A DNA stretch of 64,000 nucleotides, taken from the IMG/VR virus record IMGVR_UViG_3300005253_000004, positions 55,471-119,470 of that record, one strand, 5' to 3'. A program made the translations under genes and the position numbers. Every line of letters begins with the position of its first letter. The first letter of the stretch is position 1. Source of the stretch: a virus. Of the stretch, positions 1-9,304 are shown piece by piece. Under the pieces are notes generated by a model, which ran no database searches, was not told where the DNA came from, and worked only from the letters and a program-made list of their open reading frames with translations.

Positions 1-1
1 T

Positions 2-247
2 CCCCTCAGGGGGGAGATAGCTGGAGTCATGTACCGCAGTACAATTATTCCTATTCCCAACTATCTCAATAGAGAACCACTGTTCTTGTTGTAGTTCTTC
101 ATGTTGTTGTTGTTTATGTTGTTGTTTACCTTTTGGTGTGCCCTCTGGGCGTGTTGGTCTGATTGTTACCCTTTTCGAGCCAGGAGCGTGGATCTCCCAG
201 TCTCTAGGCGAGGGTGCGTCCCGACGCGAAAACCTAAATGCGTTCAT
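2..247 (-). CDS. hypothetical protein, truncated by window edge
   Basis: ATG at 247 after GGAGG; open frame MNAFRFSRRDAPSPRDWEIH... runs to position 2; promoter at 307-335 lies upstream. Confidence 0.55.
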   Translation of the reverse strand, partial: MNAFRFSRRDAPSPRDWEIHAPGSKRVTIRPTRPEGTPKGKQQHKQQQHEELQQEQWFSIEIVGNRNNCTAVHDSSYLPPEG

Positions 248-306
248 ATCCTACCTCCCTTTGTTTGGAGCCTCCCTCCACAGGGACTCTCCCTTTCTTC
301 TACTAC

Positions 307-335
307 ATTATAGCTTATCTTTCAAACTTTTGCAA
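307..335 (-). promoter_or_regulatory. sigma70-type promoter, class A (TTGCAA-17-TATAAT, AAGCTATAATG)
   Basis: minus strand TTGCAA aagtttgaaagataagc TATAAT. Confidence 0.75.
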
Positions 336-336
336 C

Positions 337-1737
337 CTACCCTTTATTAGCCTTCGCTTTCTTCTGCGCTTGCAGCTCAGCAGGGGTGTACTTCCGCTTA
401 CGTGGGCCCTCATCAACCTCGCAAGTGTCTGCTTCTACTTCGTTATTCGTGATACTCATCCTGCTAAGGTCCACCTCAAGGAACACGCTCCGCTTGGAAC
501 GCTTGGCGAACCGCTGCTTGAGGTCAACCAGCTCCATCACGATCTCTTCATCGGATAGTTCTTGTTGCCGCATCCCAATGATGCAGGCTGCCTCTTGCAG
601 ATGCTTGACCGAACCTTGTGCCATCTCCAGGCTGAGAGGATCCCTCTTCTTCGGGTCCCTCCCGAACCCTGAGCGGTTGGTCTGCGCTGCTGTCCATACT
701 AGTATGTTGTGGCGCTTCGCAAAACGGGAGAGATCACGGCTGATCGCACCCAGCCAATCCCATACCCTATCCCTACTGTACCCGGTATCACAAGGCCGCA
801 TCCTCTCGATGAAGTCCAGCACCAGCACGTCAGGCTTCCACCCGAGTAGGTTGACCCACTTCATCATCTCGGATTCGAGATCGTCCACGCTAACCTCTCG
901 GTTTACCTCAGTAATCCGGAGCTTTTCATGTAACCCTTCTCGCCACTTCCGCTCCAGCTCTGGTGTGTACGCCACGCCTGGGTCATCGATGATGTCTTGC
1001 ACCTTGACGCCTGTGATCTTAGACAGCACACGTTCTGTCTGCTCCTCAAGCGACAACTCATTGGTGACCAGCCATACCCTGCGCTCCTCTACTGCGGACA
1101 TCTTGTGCGCCATGTTCACCAGCATGCTGGACTTACCATCCCCCGTGGGGGCCATTATGATACCGAGCTGCTTCGTTCGCAGCCCACCCCCTGTCCACTT
1201 GTCGATGACGTGGATCCCACACGGGATACGCACTAGCTCTGGTGTGAACCCATGGCTATCAATGAGGTTGTCGATGGCCTCGCGCACATCCATCGTCCTG
1301 TCCTCGTTCAGATCCCCATGCTTAGTGAGGAATCTGTACAAAGCTTTAAGCATGTCACCACCCTCAAGCTCCGCCTGCTTCTTCAAGAAACCTTGGTCTG
1401 CGCTCAATTCTTGGAAGTCACGCACCACACCCGTATCCCTCGCCTTACCTAGCGTGTAGAGCTGGGTGGACCGGTCAGGTATGGTTTCTGTGATGCTGTC
1501 GAGTGCAGCTTTGTACCTCAAGTCGTACGCTTCCTTGTCTTTGTCTTCGAACACCTTGTGTAGTGTGTTGATGGACGGCTGCTCTCCGTGCTTTCGGGTG
1601 AAAGCAAAAAGCTCAGCCAGGATAGGTACCAGCTCAGAGGTGTTGAGCCACGAGGGCTTGAATGATGTCGCAAACTTGCGAGCGTCCTCCGGACGTGCGG
1701 TCAAGGCATAGAGGAAGGCCTTCTCATCGAACTTCAT
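337..1737 (-). CDS. DnaB-like (SF4) replicative DNA helicase
   Basis: Walker A APTGDGKS, NELS, LVLDFI, TAAQTNR, KQRF motifs; 466 aa. Confidence 0.9.
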   Translation of the reverse strand: MKFDEKAFLYALTARPEDARKFATSFKPSWLNTSELVPILAELFAFTRKHGEQPSINTLHKVFEDKDKEAYDLRYKAALDSITETIPDRSTQLYTLGKARDTGVVRDFQELSADQGFLKKQAELEGGDMLKALYRFLTKHGDLNEDRTMDVREAIDNLIDSHGFTPELVRIPCGIHVIDKWTGGGLRTKQLGIIMAPTGDGKSSMLVNMAHKMSAVEERRVWLVTNELSLEEQTERVLSKITGVKVQDIIDDPGVAYTPELERKWREGLHEKLRITEVNREVSVDDLESEMMKWVNLLGWKPDVLVLDFIERMRPCDTGYSRDRVWDWLGAISRDLSRFAKRHNILVWTAAQTNRSGFGRDPKKRDPLSLEMAQGSVKHLQEAACIIGMRQQELSDEEIVMELVDLKQRFAKRSKRSVFLEVDLSRMSITNNEVEADTCEVDEGPRKRKYTPAELQAQKKAKANKG

Positions 1738-2012
1738 ACTAGGCTCCCTGCCGCTCTAGCGTAGTACGCTTTACCTACGTCTTTCTCTGAATTAAGGAGC
1801 AGCCAAACTATTACTATGCTCTCTGGCATAGAGAGACCACACTCATTACATTTTAAGTATGCAGGATTCATTGAGTGCCGTTTCCAGCTAGCCTCGCAGG
1901 CTAGGTGTGTAATTCCTGATCCTTGTTTTTTCCAATCTGCCCAACGAGGTTCTAGTATAGCCCACTCCCCTATCCTTATCAATTCTATTACATCTTTACC
2001 ATTAGCTTTCAT
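1734..2012 (-). CDS. small Zn-finger paralog family member
   Basis: IGEWAIL...HLAC...CNECGLSMPESIVIVWLL. Confidence 0.7.
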   Translation of the reverse strand: MKANGKDVIELIRIGEWAILEPRWADWKKQGSGITHLACEASWKRHSMNPAYLKCNECGLSMPESIVIVWLLLNSEKDVGKAYYARAAGSLV

Positions 2013-2072
2013 GCTTCCTCCTTGTACCGGGTCAAATATTTCCCATAGTGGTACACGTTTTCATGCTCGTCA

Positions 2073-2426
2073 ATTCGAGCGAATAAACTGTTTAGGTGTA
2101 GCCTCTGCTTACGGTAGATCTTCTTCGTTGTTCCACATGTACAAGTTATGGAAGCCTACTATCTCATCTGGCTCAGAGGTTTCGCACTGGCCGCACACCC
2201 TATCGTAGTATAAGCAAAACGACCACTCTTCTTCGCTAAACCTAGAGATATCCCCACCACAGCGGTGTTGAATGACTACCCACTTACCATACTTAGGGCC
2301 GCTATCTGGCGCCGTGGCACGCACCATCCGCCAGTCACCCTTTGTAAATAGTATTTCAAATACCAGTCTGGGTTCTACTTTCATTTCTTACCTTTCGATT
2401 CGAGCGGACACACTGTTTAGGTGTAG
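2073..2426. repeat. 29-bp imperfect direct repeat (2073-2101 and 2398-2426) flanking one Zn-finger gene
   Basis: ATTCGAGCGAATAAACTGTTTAGGTGTAG vs ATTCGAGCGGACACACTGTTTAGGTGTAG, 26/29 identical. Confidence 0.8.
2109..2384 (-). CDS. small Zn-finger paralog family member
   Basis: KGDWRM...QHRC...CGQCETSEPDEIVGFHNLYMW. Confidence 0.8.
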   Translation of the reverse strand: MKVEPRLVFEILFTKGDWRMVRATAPDSGPKYGKWVVIQHRCGGDISRFSEEEWSFCLYYDRVCGQCETSEPDEIVGFHNLYMWNNEEDLP

Positions 2427-2432
2427 GTTTAA

Positions 2433-2585
2433 TTAGGATCCTCCGTCGAAGCGCGCTTGACGCTGGTACCTACCACACCTCTTGCAGTACCGTTCTTGCA
2501 CGATCGCCTTCGCATTGCTATCAACCATGTCCACTACAGTTATCTTGCTCCACTTAGCCCAGTCATGCCAGATCCAACACTTCAT
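2433..2585 (-). CDS. 50-aa Cys/His-rich hypothetical protein (not in ORF track)
   Basis: MKCWIWHDWAKW...ERYCKRCGRYQ, starts directly after rtcB stop. Confidence 0.6.
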   Translation of the reverse strand: MKCWIWHDWAKWSKITVVDMVDSNAKAIVQERYCKRCGRYQRQARFDGGS

Positions 2586-2587
2586 GT

Positions 2588-3841
2588 TTACCCCTTTATA
2601 CACACCAAAGCCTTAAGCGTGTGCTTGATCTTCACAAGATCCTTCTGTGCTGCCATGACAGCTTCGATGTCCTTGTAGCAGCCGGGTGTCTCATCTATCA
2701 CATCCTTGTCCTTGCGGCACTCGACACCTTCAGTAGCCTTGATGTGGTCCTCTACTGTGAAGGTTCGCTTGGCTTCCGACCTCGACATAACTCGGCCAGC
2801 GCCGTGACTGCAAGAGTTGAAAGATAGAGGATTACCCAGACCTTCCACAATGTAGCTCCGAGCGCCCATAGAACCAGGGATGATACCGAGATCACCAACC
2901 CTAGCACGAACGGCGCCCTTTCTTGTGACGAATACGTTCTTCCCATAGTGGTTCTCCTTCTGTACATAGTTGTGGTGGCAGTTGATCGCCGTATCTGCTG
3001 TAGTACCCACTTTGTGGGCATCCCAGTCCGCTCGGCGTCCAATCGCCGTGTACAGAGCGATCAGTGCCTGCTCCATCATGATGGCGCGGTTGGTGAGTGC
3101 GTAGTTCTGCGCCCACCCTACCGCCTCAACGTAATCGTCGTGGTACTCTGTACCCTCAGGCAGGTACGCCAGATCCTTATTGGGCAAGTCGATGTTCCAC
3201 GTCTCACACTCACCCTGTGCCAGCTTGATGAAGTGCGTGCCGATCCGATTCCCGATACCCCTGGAGCCTGAGTGGAGCATGCACCACACGTCATCGTTCT
3301 CATCAGCGCACACCTCGATGAAGTGGTTGCCGCCTCCTAGCGTGCCTAGCTGGTACAGTGGGTCACCAAACTGTTGGATACGTGGGTACTTGCACCCTAT
3401 CTTGTCGAACCCACCACTCAACTCATTGTGCCAAAGCAGGCAGGCCGAGTTGGGGATGGTGTCCCGCCACCGCCCCTTGTCGGCGAGCCCGCCGTTGTCT
3501 GTCCTGCCGTGGGGTACAGCCGCCACGATTCCGTCGTAGATCCCCCGTCGGAACTCGTACACCTCGTCCAGCTTGATGGCGGGGATGCGCTGGGCCACCA
3601 TACCACACCCAATGTCCACACCTACCGCAGCGGGGATGATCGCCTTCTTCGTAGCGATGACGCTACCTACAGTGGAACCCGTGCCCCAGTGTGCATCAGG
3701 CATGACAGCCAAGTGCTTGTGAATGAAGGGGAGTTGAGCTGTTTGACGTAGCTGTATCTCAGCCTTGATGTCTAGCTCCACGCCATCCACCCATGCCTTG
3801 ATCGGAACCTTCTGCTTGTTACCAGTTAGCACTCGCATCAT
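2588..3841 (-). CDS. rtcB: RtcB RNA ligase
   Basis: MPDAH, VGVDIGCG, GTLGGGNHFIE, HSGSRG, HHNY, RKGA, PGSMG, SHGAGR, DETPGCYK, C-terminal IKG. Confidence 0.95.
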   Translation of the reverse strand: MMRVLTGNKQKVPIKAWVDGVELDIKAEIQLRQTAQLPFIHKHLAVMPDAHWGTGSTVGSVIATKKAIIPAAVGVDIGCGMVAQRIPAIKLDEVYEFRRGIYDGIVAAVPHGRTDNGGLADKGRWRDTIPNSACLLWHNELSGGFDKIGCKYPRIQQFGDPLYQLGTLGGGNHFIEVCADENDDVWCMLHSGSRGIGNRIGTHFIKLAQGECETWNIDLPNKDLAYLPEGTEYHDDYVEAVGWAQNYALTNRAIMMEQALIALYTAIGRRADWDAHKVGTTADTAINCHHNYVQKENHYGKNVFVTRKGAVRARVGDLGIIPGSMGARSYIVEGLGNPLSFNSCSHGAGRVMSRSEAKRTFTVEDHIKATEGVECRKDKDVIDETPGCYKDIEAVMAAQKDLVKIKHTLKALVCIKG

Positions 3842-3848
3842 ACTCTCC

Positions 3849-4115
3849 TTATACTGTATCTTCTTTGTTGTCCCACATCATTAAGTTGTGGAAGCCTATC
3901 ATCTCTTTAGGCTCAAGCATCTTGCAGCAGCTACATCGCCGATTACTATGATAACAAAGTGACCACCCATTATCACTAAATAGCTTCTCTTCATATACAC
4001 TTGAGTCACAACGATGTTGAACAATGAGCCACTGCCCGTAGCCTCCCGGTCGTGTTACACGGACTAATCGAAAGTCACCTTTATCAACCAGTATGTTAAA
4101 CTTGTAACTCATCAC
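3849..4115 (-). CDS. small Zn-finger paralog family member (close to 2109-2384)
   Basis: KGDFRL...QHRC...CSCCKMLEPKEMIGFHNLMMW. Confidence 0.8.
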   Translation of the reverse strand: MMSYKFNILVDKGDFRLVRVTRPGGYGQWLIVQHRCDSSVYEEKLFSDNGWSLCYHSNRRCSCCKMLEPKEMIGFHNLMMWDNKEDTV

Positions 4116-5071
4116 ATGTCATCCCTTGAACGCCACCCTAACCAAACCGGGAACCGAGGCTTCGCTGTCTCTCCGCTTGGCTGATGCTTGTACTTAGCGA
4201 TGTACCCTATGTAGATCTGCTTGTTATTCCACCATTCTTTGCGTTGCTTTTTCGTCACTCCCTTCATGGTGCCTATAGAGAACTCGATGCCTGTCTTGAG
4301 GTCACGACACAGCCACTTGCCGAGGTGCCCGTTGGGTACCTTGCCTGCCTTGGCGCTGGACCTCTCCGATCTACCATGAGCATTGGTTTTCTTGGGGTTG
4401 GTGTTGGTACACATCTCTTCAAACCCAATGATCTCTGCCTCATCATCTTGGAAATGCTTGTACTTACCCATACCACCATGAGTCATAGTGCTGCGACCGT
4501 GGAGATACACATGTCCTTGCCTTGCGATGACCCCTTCATACCCCTCGTCCACACACTTGTTCCAATACTTCATGAATCCTTCAGAATCAAAGACAAGGGT
4601 TGGTTTTACCAACTTGATGCACGCTGGCTTAGGCCTGGGCAGCTTGTCCAACTGCTTCACTCTCTGGTTATAGAAGTCAGGGTTATCATAGATATCGAAC
4701 ACGTAGTAGATAAAGTCAGGCTCACCCTCTACCTTCATGATAGGACCGGAGGACTCACCGAATGTCTTGGCACCCTTGATGAACAGCTCACCATCCATGC
4801 CCTCTACCCCGTACTCTTCCAGCACCTTGCGGATGTGGAGGTTGGGGATGGGCTTGAGTTTGAAGCTCATAGGTGTCCCGTTTGGGTACGTGACACACCG
4901 GATCCCGTCAATCTTGGGGGTGCATAGCGATGGGTACTGCACGTCTACCTTAGGGTCACGAATGGTAAACGGTTTCATAGGCCTGAAGGGGCCTTGTAGT
5001 TCTGCTTCTGTCTTGTTTACCGGCTTCCTGTACTTGGGCTTGTACTTCTTGAACGTCTTAGACTTTTTCAC
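4112..5071 (-). CDS. ATP-dependent DNA ligase (minimal, PBCV-1-like)
   Basis: KIDGIR adenylation motif, DGEL, YVFD, EGVIAR, KYK, PRFP. Confidence 0.92.
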   Translation of the reverse strand: MKKSKTFKKYKPKYRKPVNKTEAELQGPFRPMKPFTIRDPKVDVQYPSLCTPKIDGIRCVTYPNGTPMSFKLKPIPNLHIRKVLEEYGVEGMDGELFIKGAKTFGESSGPIMKVEGEPDFIYYVFDIYDNPDFYNQRVKQLDKLPRPKPACIKLVKPTLVFDSEGFMKYWNKCVDEGYEGVIARQGHVYLHGRSTMTHGGMGKYKHFQDDEAEIIGFEEMCTNTNPKKTNAHGRSERSSAKAGKVPNGHLGKWLCRDLKTGIEFSIGTMKGVTKKQRKEWWNNKQIYIGYIAKYKHQPSGETAKPRFPVWLGWRSRDDM

Positions 5072-5345
5072 TTTTATCTATCTCCTTCCAATTCATCATA
5101 GCCACCAGCCCTACGATTTCTTTAGGCACGGGTTTTTGACACTCCCAGCATCTATCCTCTTTATTAGGTTCCGCGTCCTGCCACTCCCAACACCAGTGAG
5201 CCTCCTCCCCATCGAATCTAAAGCCACACCCTACTATATGCTCACCATAGATTGTAGCATTATCATCATCATCCCCGCTGTGGTGGTACTTAACTACCGC
5301 CCACCCTTTTATGTCAGGCACTAAAATCTCTCTCGCAGAGCGCAT
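5058..5345 (-). CDS. small Zn-finger paralog family member
   Basis: KGWAVV...HIVGC...CWECQKPVPKEIVGLVAMMNW. Confidence 0.75.
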   Translation of the reverse strand: MRSAREILVPDIKGWAVVKYHHSGDDDDNATIYGEHIVGCGFRFDGEEAHWCWEWQDAEPNKEDRCWECQKPVPKEIVGLVAMMNWKEIDKSEKV

Positions 5346-6040
5346 CAGTCCACCACAAAGCCAGTGCTGTCACCTCTGGCACGGCCCCTTGCGAGTAGTC
5401 CTACGATGGACTCCTTAGGGTCACGGAACCTGAAGTCATGCTCCATACCACTGATTACCTTGTGACCCCAGAACTTCTCAGGGATCTCCTCTCTGAATAC
5501 CACAGCCACGTTGCCGCCGTAGTAGAGGATCCTCCCTACTTGTTGGGGTGTGGTGTGTTCATTGAAGCTGTAGGTGAGGTAGTAGTTGGGTGGGAAGCTG
5601 TTCTCGTTGAGATACTTGAACATCCTCTTGCGCCCCTTGGTGTAGTCGTAGAACTGGATGTTGGGGAGGGCTTCCATGTCGATGTAATCTTCCCATTGGA
5701 TGTCACTTGTACCATTCAGCCTAGCTACTGGGGTGTACCCCTTCTTGATAGCCCGTGCCTCAAGGTTGATGAGTTCCCCAACCAACCTGTCTGTGTACCC
5801 TTGCCTATCCTTGAAGAACTCTCGCGTCTTGCGGATGCGCGCAGCTTGCACCATACGCATGGCGCCCCGGCCAGCGGTGTATAGGCAAGACTCACGGCAC
5901 CCTGGTGTTGAGTGTGGGCACATGGTGTGCTTTCCATCAGCCACCTTGTCGGGCGCGAGGTACTGTATCACTGCTTCGTAGCCGAACTCGTCTAGCATCT
6001 TCACTGTCTTAGCGTTTGATCTACTGTTGCTGAGTAGCAT
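5345..6040 (-). CDS. GP88-like Cys-motif (radical-SAM-like) phage protein
   Basis: CPHSTPGCRESCL, RLNGTSDI, FYDYTK, LTYS, GGNVAVVF, HDFRFRDP. Confidence 0.7.
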   Translation of the reverse strand: MLLSNSRSNAKTVKMLDEFGYEAVIQYLAPDKVADGKHTMCPHSTPGCRESCLYTAGRGAMRMVQAARIRKTREFFKDRQGYTDRLVGELINLEARAIKKGYTPVARLNGTSDIQWEDYIDMEALPNIQFYDYTKGRKRMFKYLNENSFPPNYYLTYSFNEHTTPQQVGRILYYGGNVAVVFREEIPEKFWGHKVISGMEHDFRFRDPKESIVGLLARGRARGDSTGFVVD

Positions 6041-6049
6041 TGGCTGCTC

Positions 6050-6505
6050 CTATATGACGTGCTTCCAAGTTTTGCGTTGTTTGATACGTCCTATTACACC
6101 GTGACTCACTCTATAATCTTTGGCCATTACACGCTGCGATCTAGGATCACAGCGGATAGCCTTTACTTGTGTTTCGGTGAGTTTTGCTCTCCCACTTCGA
6201 ATTCCACGCGCTGGCCGACGACGCCCTTTATTTACCATGTCTGTCATGTTGTCAGCTTGTGTTCCTAAGAACAGATGTGAGGGTCTCACGCAAGGTGGGT
6301 TGTCGCAGGTATGTAAGACACACAGCCCTTCAGGAATATCATAGCTCATTGCGTAAGATACACGGTGAGCCTGATGTTTTCGATCCTTAAGCCAAAACGT
6401 ACCATACCCATTAGGATTATAGTAAGCCTGCCATTCCCAGCATCCTGATCCTTTTTGTACCTTGTTCCAGAATCTTTTCCAATCTTTAGTCCCTCTCTTT
6501 AACAT
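6050..6505 (-). CDS. HNH homing endonuclease
   Basis: CWEW, GYG, AHRVSY, HTCDNPPCVRPSHL, C-terminal AKLTE HTH. Confidence 0.9.
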   Translation of the reverse strand: MLKRGTKDWKRFWNKVQKGSGCWEWQAYYNPNGYGTFWLKDRKHQAHRVSYAMSYDIPEGLCVLHTCDNPPCVRPSHLFLGTQADNMTDMVNKGRRRPARGIRSGRAKLTETQVKAIRCDPRSQRVMAKDYRVSHGVIGRIKQRKTWKHVI

Positions 6506-7955
6506 CGAACCCCTCCTCCTCCCATATTTTCTTCCTTGCGGCCGAGTGTCGCTTCAAGATCGCTCCCGTCTGATCATTAAAGTCTATTACCAAAACCTCA
6601 TGTTTCCCTGCTGCTTTTCTCAAGCCTCGGCCAATCTTCTGAAGCGCTGCCACTTTGGACTTCCCACCTCCAGCCAAGATGAGGGTGCGTAGGTTGGGTA
6701 TATCCACACCCTCTTCGTAAATACCTGTCGCAATTATAGCACTTATTTTCCCAGATTGCAAGTCAGCTATCCCTTTGGTTCTATCCTTGTTCTTTGTAGC
6801 CCCGTTATGAACTGCTGGAACTGGAATCCCCTTATTTATCGCCATTCTTCGGAGGATACTTGCATGTCCTAATCTAGATGTCATCACTAGTGCAGGCTTC
6901 GGACACTTGACCAGCTCCTCTATGATTCTCTTGTTCCTGTTCAAGTTCAGTACGATGGCATGGTCGTAGACATCAGGCCAGCTTTTTGGGCGTCCGATAT
7001 CTGGCATCTTAATTATCACCACCCTAGGCGGCGTAAGGTAGCCAGCTTTGATGAGCCGTTCATTGGTAATATGAGCGAGTCTGTCACCAGTACACCCCAT
7101 GAGGAGCTGGTTGCTGTACTCGTCCTTCAAGAACGGAGTCGCAGTGAGTCCAAATCTATAGTAAGCACGGCGGAATTGCCGAGACACCGAAACAAGCTGA
7201 TTACCCACCGCTATCTTGCTGGCTGCGAGGTGAGCCTCATCGAAGAAGATCTGCTCTGCCCCAAGGAACTGTTTAATTTTCTCGTTGTCACCCTCTTTGA
7301 AGAGCCTATCTAGTGTCTGCACCGTAGCTACAGTAACTCCTGACGTGTTAGGATCAAACACTCCGTCGCCTATCTGCCCTGTGTCTATGCCGTACTTCTT
7401 GAACCTTTCCCTTGCCTGGGTAACGAGGTGCTTACGATGTACTATAAACATGGTGGGTACTGGTATCGCTTGGCATAAGGCTACAGCCAGCTCAGTCTTA
7501 CCGCCTCCCGTAGCTATCTGAAGCACACCTTGAGGCCAGTGGTACCCTGCGGTAGTGCCCATGAATACTTTGTTGTTCACCGCAGCAAGAAAGGCATCGG
7601 CTTGGTAATCTCTTAGAGGTACGCTATACTCATAGCTAGGCATCTGCGGCCTATGCCTTAGGTCGTTGAAGGTGAAGGGCATCGTAGCCAGTGCTGCCAG
7701 CTCTGCGTGGATGTAGGGTAACAACCCTGTAGGAAAGAAGGCACTACCATTGCTAGGGTGTGGCTTACTGAGGATGCTTGTGCGTCCATCCCATCCTTTT
7801 GCTCCCTTGGTCTGGAGCCATAGCTTGTGTTGCCTCATGTACCGGGCACCAGGGGCCATCGTCTTGACAGCCTCCCGTACCTGAGCATACATCTCTAGCT
7901 CACCGTCACCTTCTGGCTTGACCAGGGCTATGGTGTTGTCGAATTCAATCAGCAT
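6486..7955 (-). CDS. superfamily 2 (UvsW/XPB-like) DNA helicase
   Basis: LRDYQ, ATGGGKT, DEAH, TATP, EGVDIP, QKIGRGLR. Confidence 0.92.
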   Translation of the reverse strand: MLIEFDNTIALVKPEGDGELEMYAQVREAVKTMAPGARYMRQHKLWLQTKGAKGWDGRTSILSKPHPSNGSAFFPTGLLPYIHAELAALATMPFTFNDLRHRPQMPSYEYSVPLRDYQADAFLAAVNNKVFMGTTAGYHWPQGVLQIATGGGKTELAVALCQAIPVPTMFIVHRKHLVTQARERFKKYGIDTGQIGDGVFDPNTSGVTVATVQTLDRLFKEGDNEKIKQFLGAEQIFFDEAHLAASKIAVGNQLVSVSRQFRRAYYRFGLTATPFLKDEYSNQLLMGCTGDRLAHITNERLIKAGYLTPPRVVIIKMPDIGRPKSWPDVYDHAIVLNLNRNKRIIEELVKCPKPALVMTSRLGHASILRRMAINKGIPVPAVHNGATKNKDRTKGIADLQSGKISAIIATGIYEEGVDIPNLRTLILAGGGKSKVAALQKIGRGLRKAAGKHEVLVIDFNDQTGAILKRHSAARKKIWEEEGFDVKERD

Positions 7956-8226
7956 CTGTCTCCGATCCCCATCGTTGAAGTTTTAGTAGCCCCACGATCC
8001 CATCGGACGGAGCTGCATTACACACATTACATTGTGGGGAGTTATCTTCTACGTTCACCGCGTTTGTACCTAAAGTACACCGATGTATGATGTGATACCT
8101 ACCACTCATGTCTGCTGGTGTTCTTTTGTAGAGGCACCATAACCCTTCTTCAAACAGGATGGCTCTATCCGCAGATTCCGCACCACTGCGGTGCGGTGGA
8201 CTAAAGATGTCTTTAAGCTTTATCAT
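7945..8226 (-). CDS. small Zn-finger paralog family member
   Basis: EEGLWCL...IHRC...CNVCNAAPSDGIVGLLKLQRW. Confidence 0.8.
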   Translation of the reverse strand: MIKLKDIFSPPHRSGAESADRAILFEEGLWCLYKRTPADMSGRYHIIHRCTLGTNAVNVEDNSPQCNVCNAAPSDGIVGLLKLQRWGSETDAD

Positions 8227-8524
8227 TTAGTGCCCACCTTGCAAGCGTTATGTAACCTTCCATCTCATCAGGCACACGCTCACCGCATCGCCCGCACTTC
8301 CATGTACTTCGGAAAGAGGGTCCGTCAGCAGCGTCAACAACCACACAGTACCATCGCTCGCCATGTTGGTGGTACCTCCTACTTGTTACTATTGCTTTGC
8401 CGGTGTTCAAGACTAGCTGCCAATCTCCTTGGATAACGGGGGTAGACCCGGGCCACAGTATGACGTCTGCTTCGTATAGTTTTCCTAGGTCATCCCTTCT
8501 AGACCACGTATTTCTAGTTGTCAT
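8213..8524 (-). CDS. small Zn-finger paralog family member (HxH variant)
   Basis: QGDWQL...YHQH...CGRCGERVPDEMEGYITLARW. Confidence 0.8.
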   Translation of the reverse strand: MTTRNTWSRRDDLGKLYEADVILWPGSTPVIQGDWQLVLNTGKAIVTSRRYHQHGERWYCVVVDAADGPSFRSTWKCGRCGERVPDEMEGYITLARWALNDKA

Positions 8525-8885
8525 CTACCGCCCACCTTGCGAGGTTGATGTAGCCTTCCATCTCTTCGGGCACTTGCTCGCTGCAATGCCCACACTTCCA
8601 CTTATCCTCCCCTGGATAATCTTCCTTGGGTGATGATGATTTAAAGTAAGAGATTACAGTGTACCATCGCTTACCATGCCTGTGGTATTGCCTGTACCTT
8701 AATCTTTTGCCGGGGTAGACACATAGCTTCCAGTCACCTTGGATTATAGGCGTAGCGTTACTCTGGTGGTACTTCTCCGCCTCATGATCCTCTCTCTTCA
8801 AAGGGTCTTTGCGGTACGCCTTCCTTGACCTCGGGTGCCTGTCATTTGTCGGTGCCACAGACCCTGCGACGGACTTCGTTTTCAT
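8514..8885 (-). CDS. small Zn-finger paralog family member (HxH variant, tandem duplicate of 8213-8524)
   Basis: QGDWKL...YHRH...CGHCSEQVPEEMEGYINLARW. Confidence 0.8.
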   Translation of the reverse strand: MKTKSVAGSVAPTNDRHPRSRKAYRKDPLKREDHEAEKYHQSNATPIIQGDWKLCVYPGKRLRYRQYHRHGKRWYTVISYFKSSSPKEDYPGEDKWKCGHCSEQVPEEMEGYINLARWAVDDN

Positions 8886-9304
8886 GTCTTCTCCAGCTTA
8901 GCCTTGACTGCGATCAGTTCTTTGTTGAGTCTGGTTTGTGTCCGTTGCAGTTTGGTTTTGGCTGTCGCTTTCTTCTTCGCTACGTTGTGTTTGGTGATCT
9001 CCTTCTTGTACTTCACCTGCCATGCTTTATATGATTTGTATTCGATCTTGTACTCTTGTAGTTTCTCTTCGTAGATTTCCCTTGACTGCGGCGGTGCGGT
9101 TAGGCAAAACTCTGAGCCGCTATAGCATCTGTAATCTACCTCAATCTTTATGTCTTTTGAGTCCACCTCTGGGTTCTCGTTCTTGAACTTCTCGACAGCC
9201 ACCAGTAGCTTGGGGAGCGAGATACAATCTTCACCCAAGCCCACGTCTACCTCTGTCGGCTTGGTCGGCTTCTTCGGTCGGTTACGCATCTTGAAACTAC
9301 TCAT
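8882..9304 (-). CDS. hypothetical protein
   Basis: 140-aa ORF overlapping neighbours, Lys-rich coiled-coil C-terminus. Confidence 0.65.
   Translation of the reverse strand: MSSFKMRNRPKKPTKPTEVDVGLGEDCISLPKLLVAVEKFKNENPEVDSKDIKIEVDYRCYSGSEFCLTAPPQSREIYEEKLQEYKIEYKSYKAWQVKYKKEITKHNVAKKKATAKTKLQRTQTRLNKELIAVKAKLEKT

Noticed and set aside
386-1459. 357-aa plus-strand ORF and other long antisense ORFs (e.g. 4184-4927, 62757-63305)
   Set aside because: Shadow frames of the helicase, ligase and portal genes; Ser/Arg-rich with no motifs
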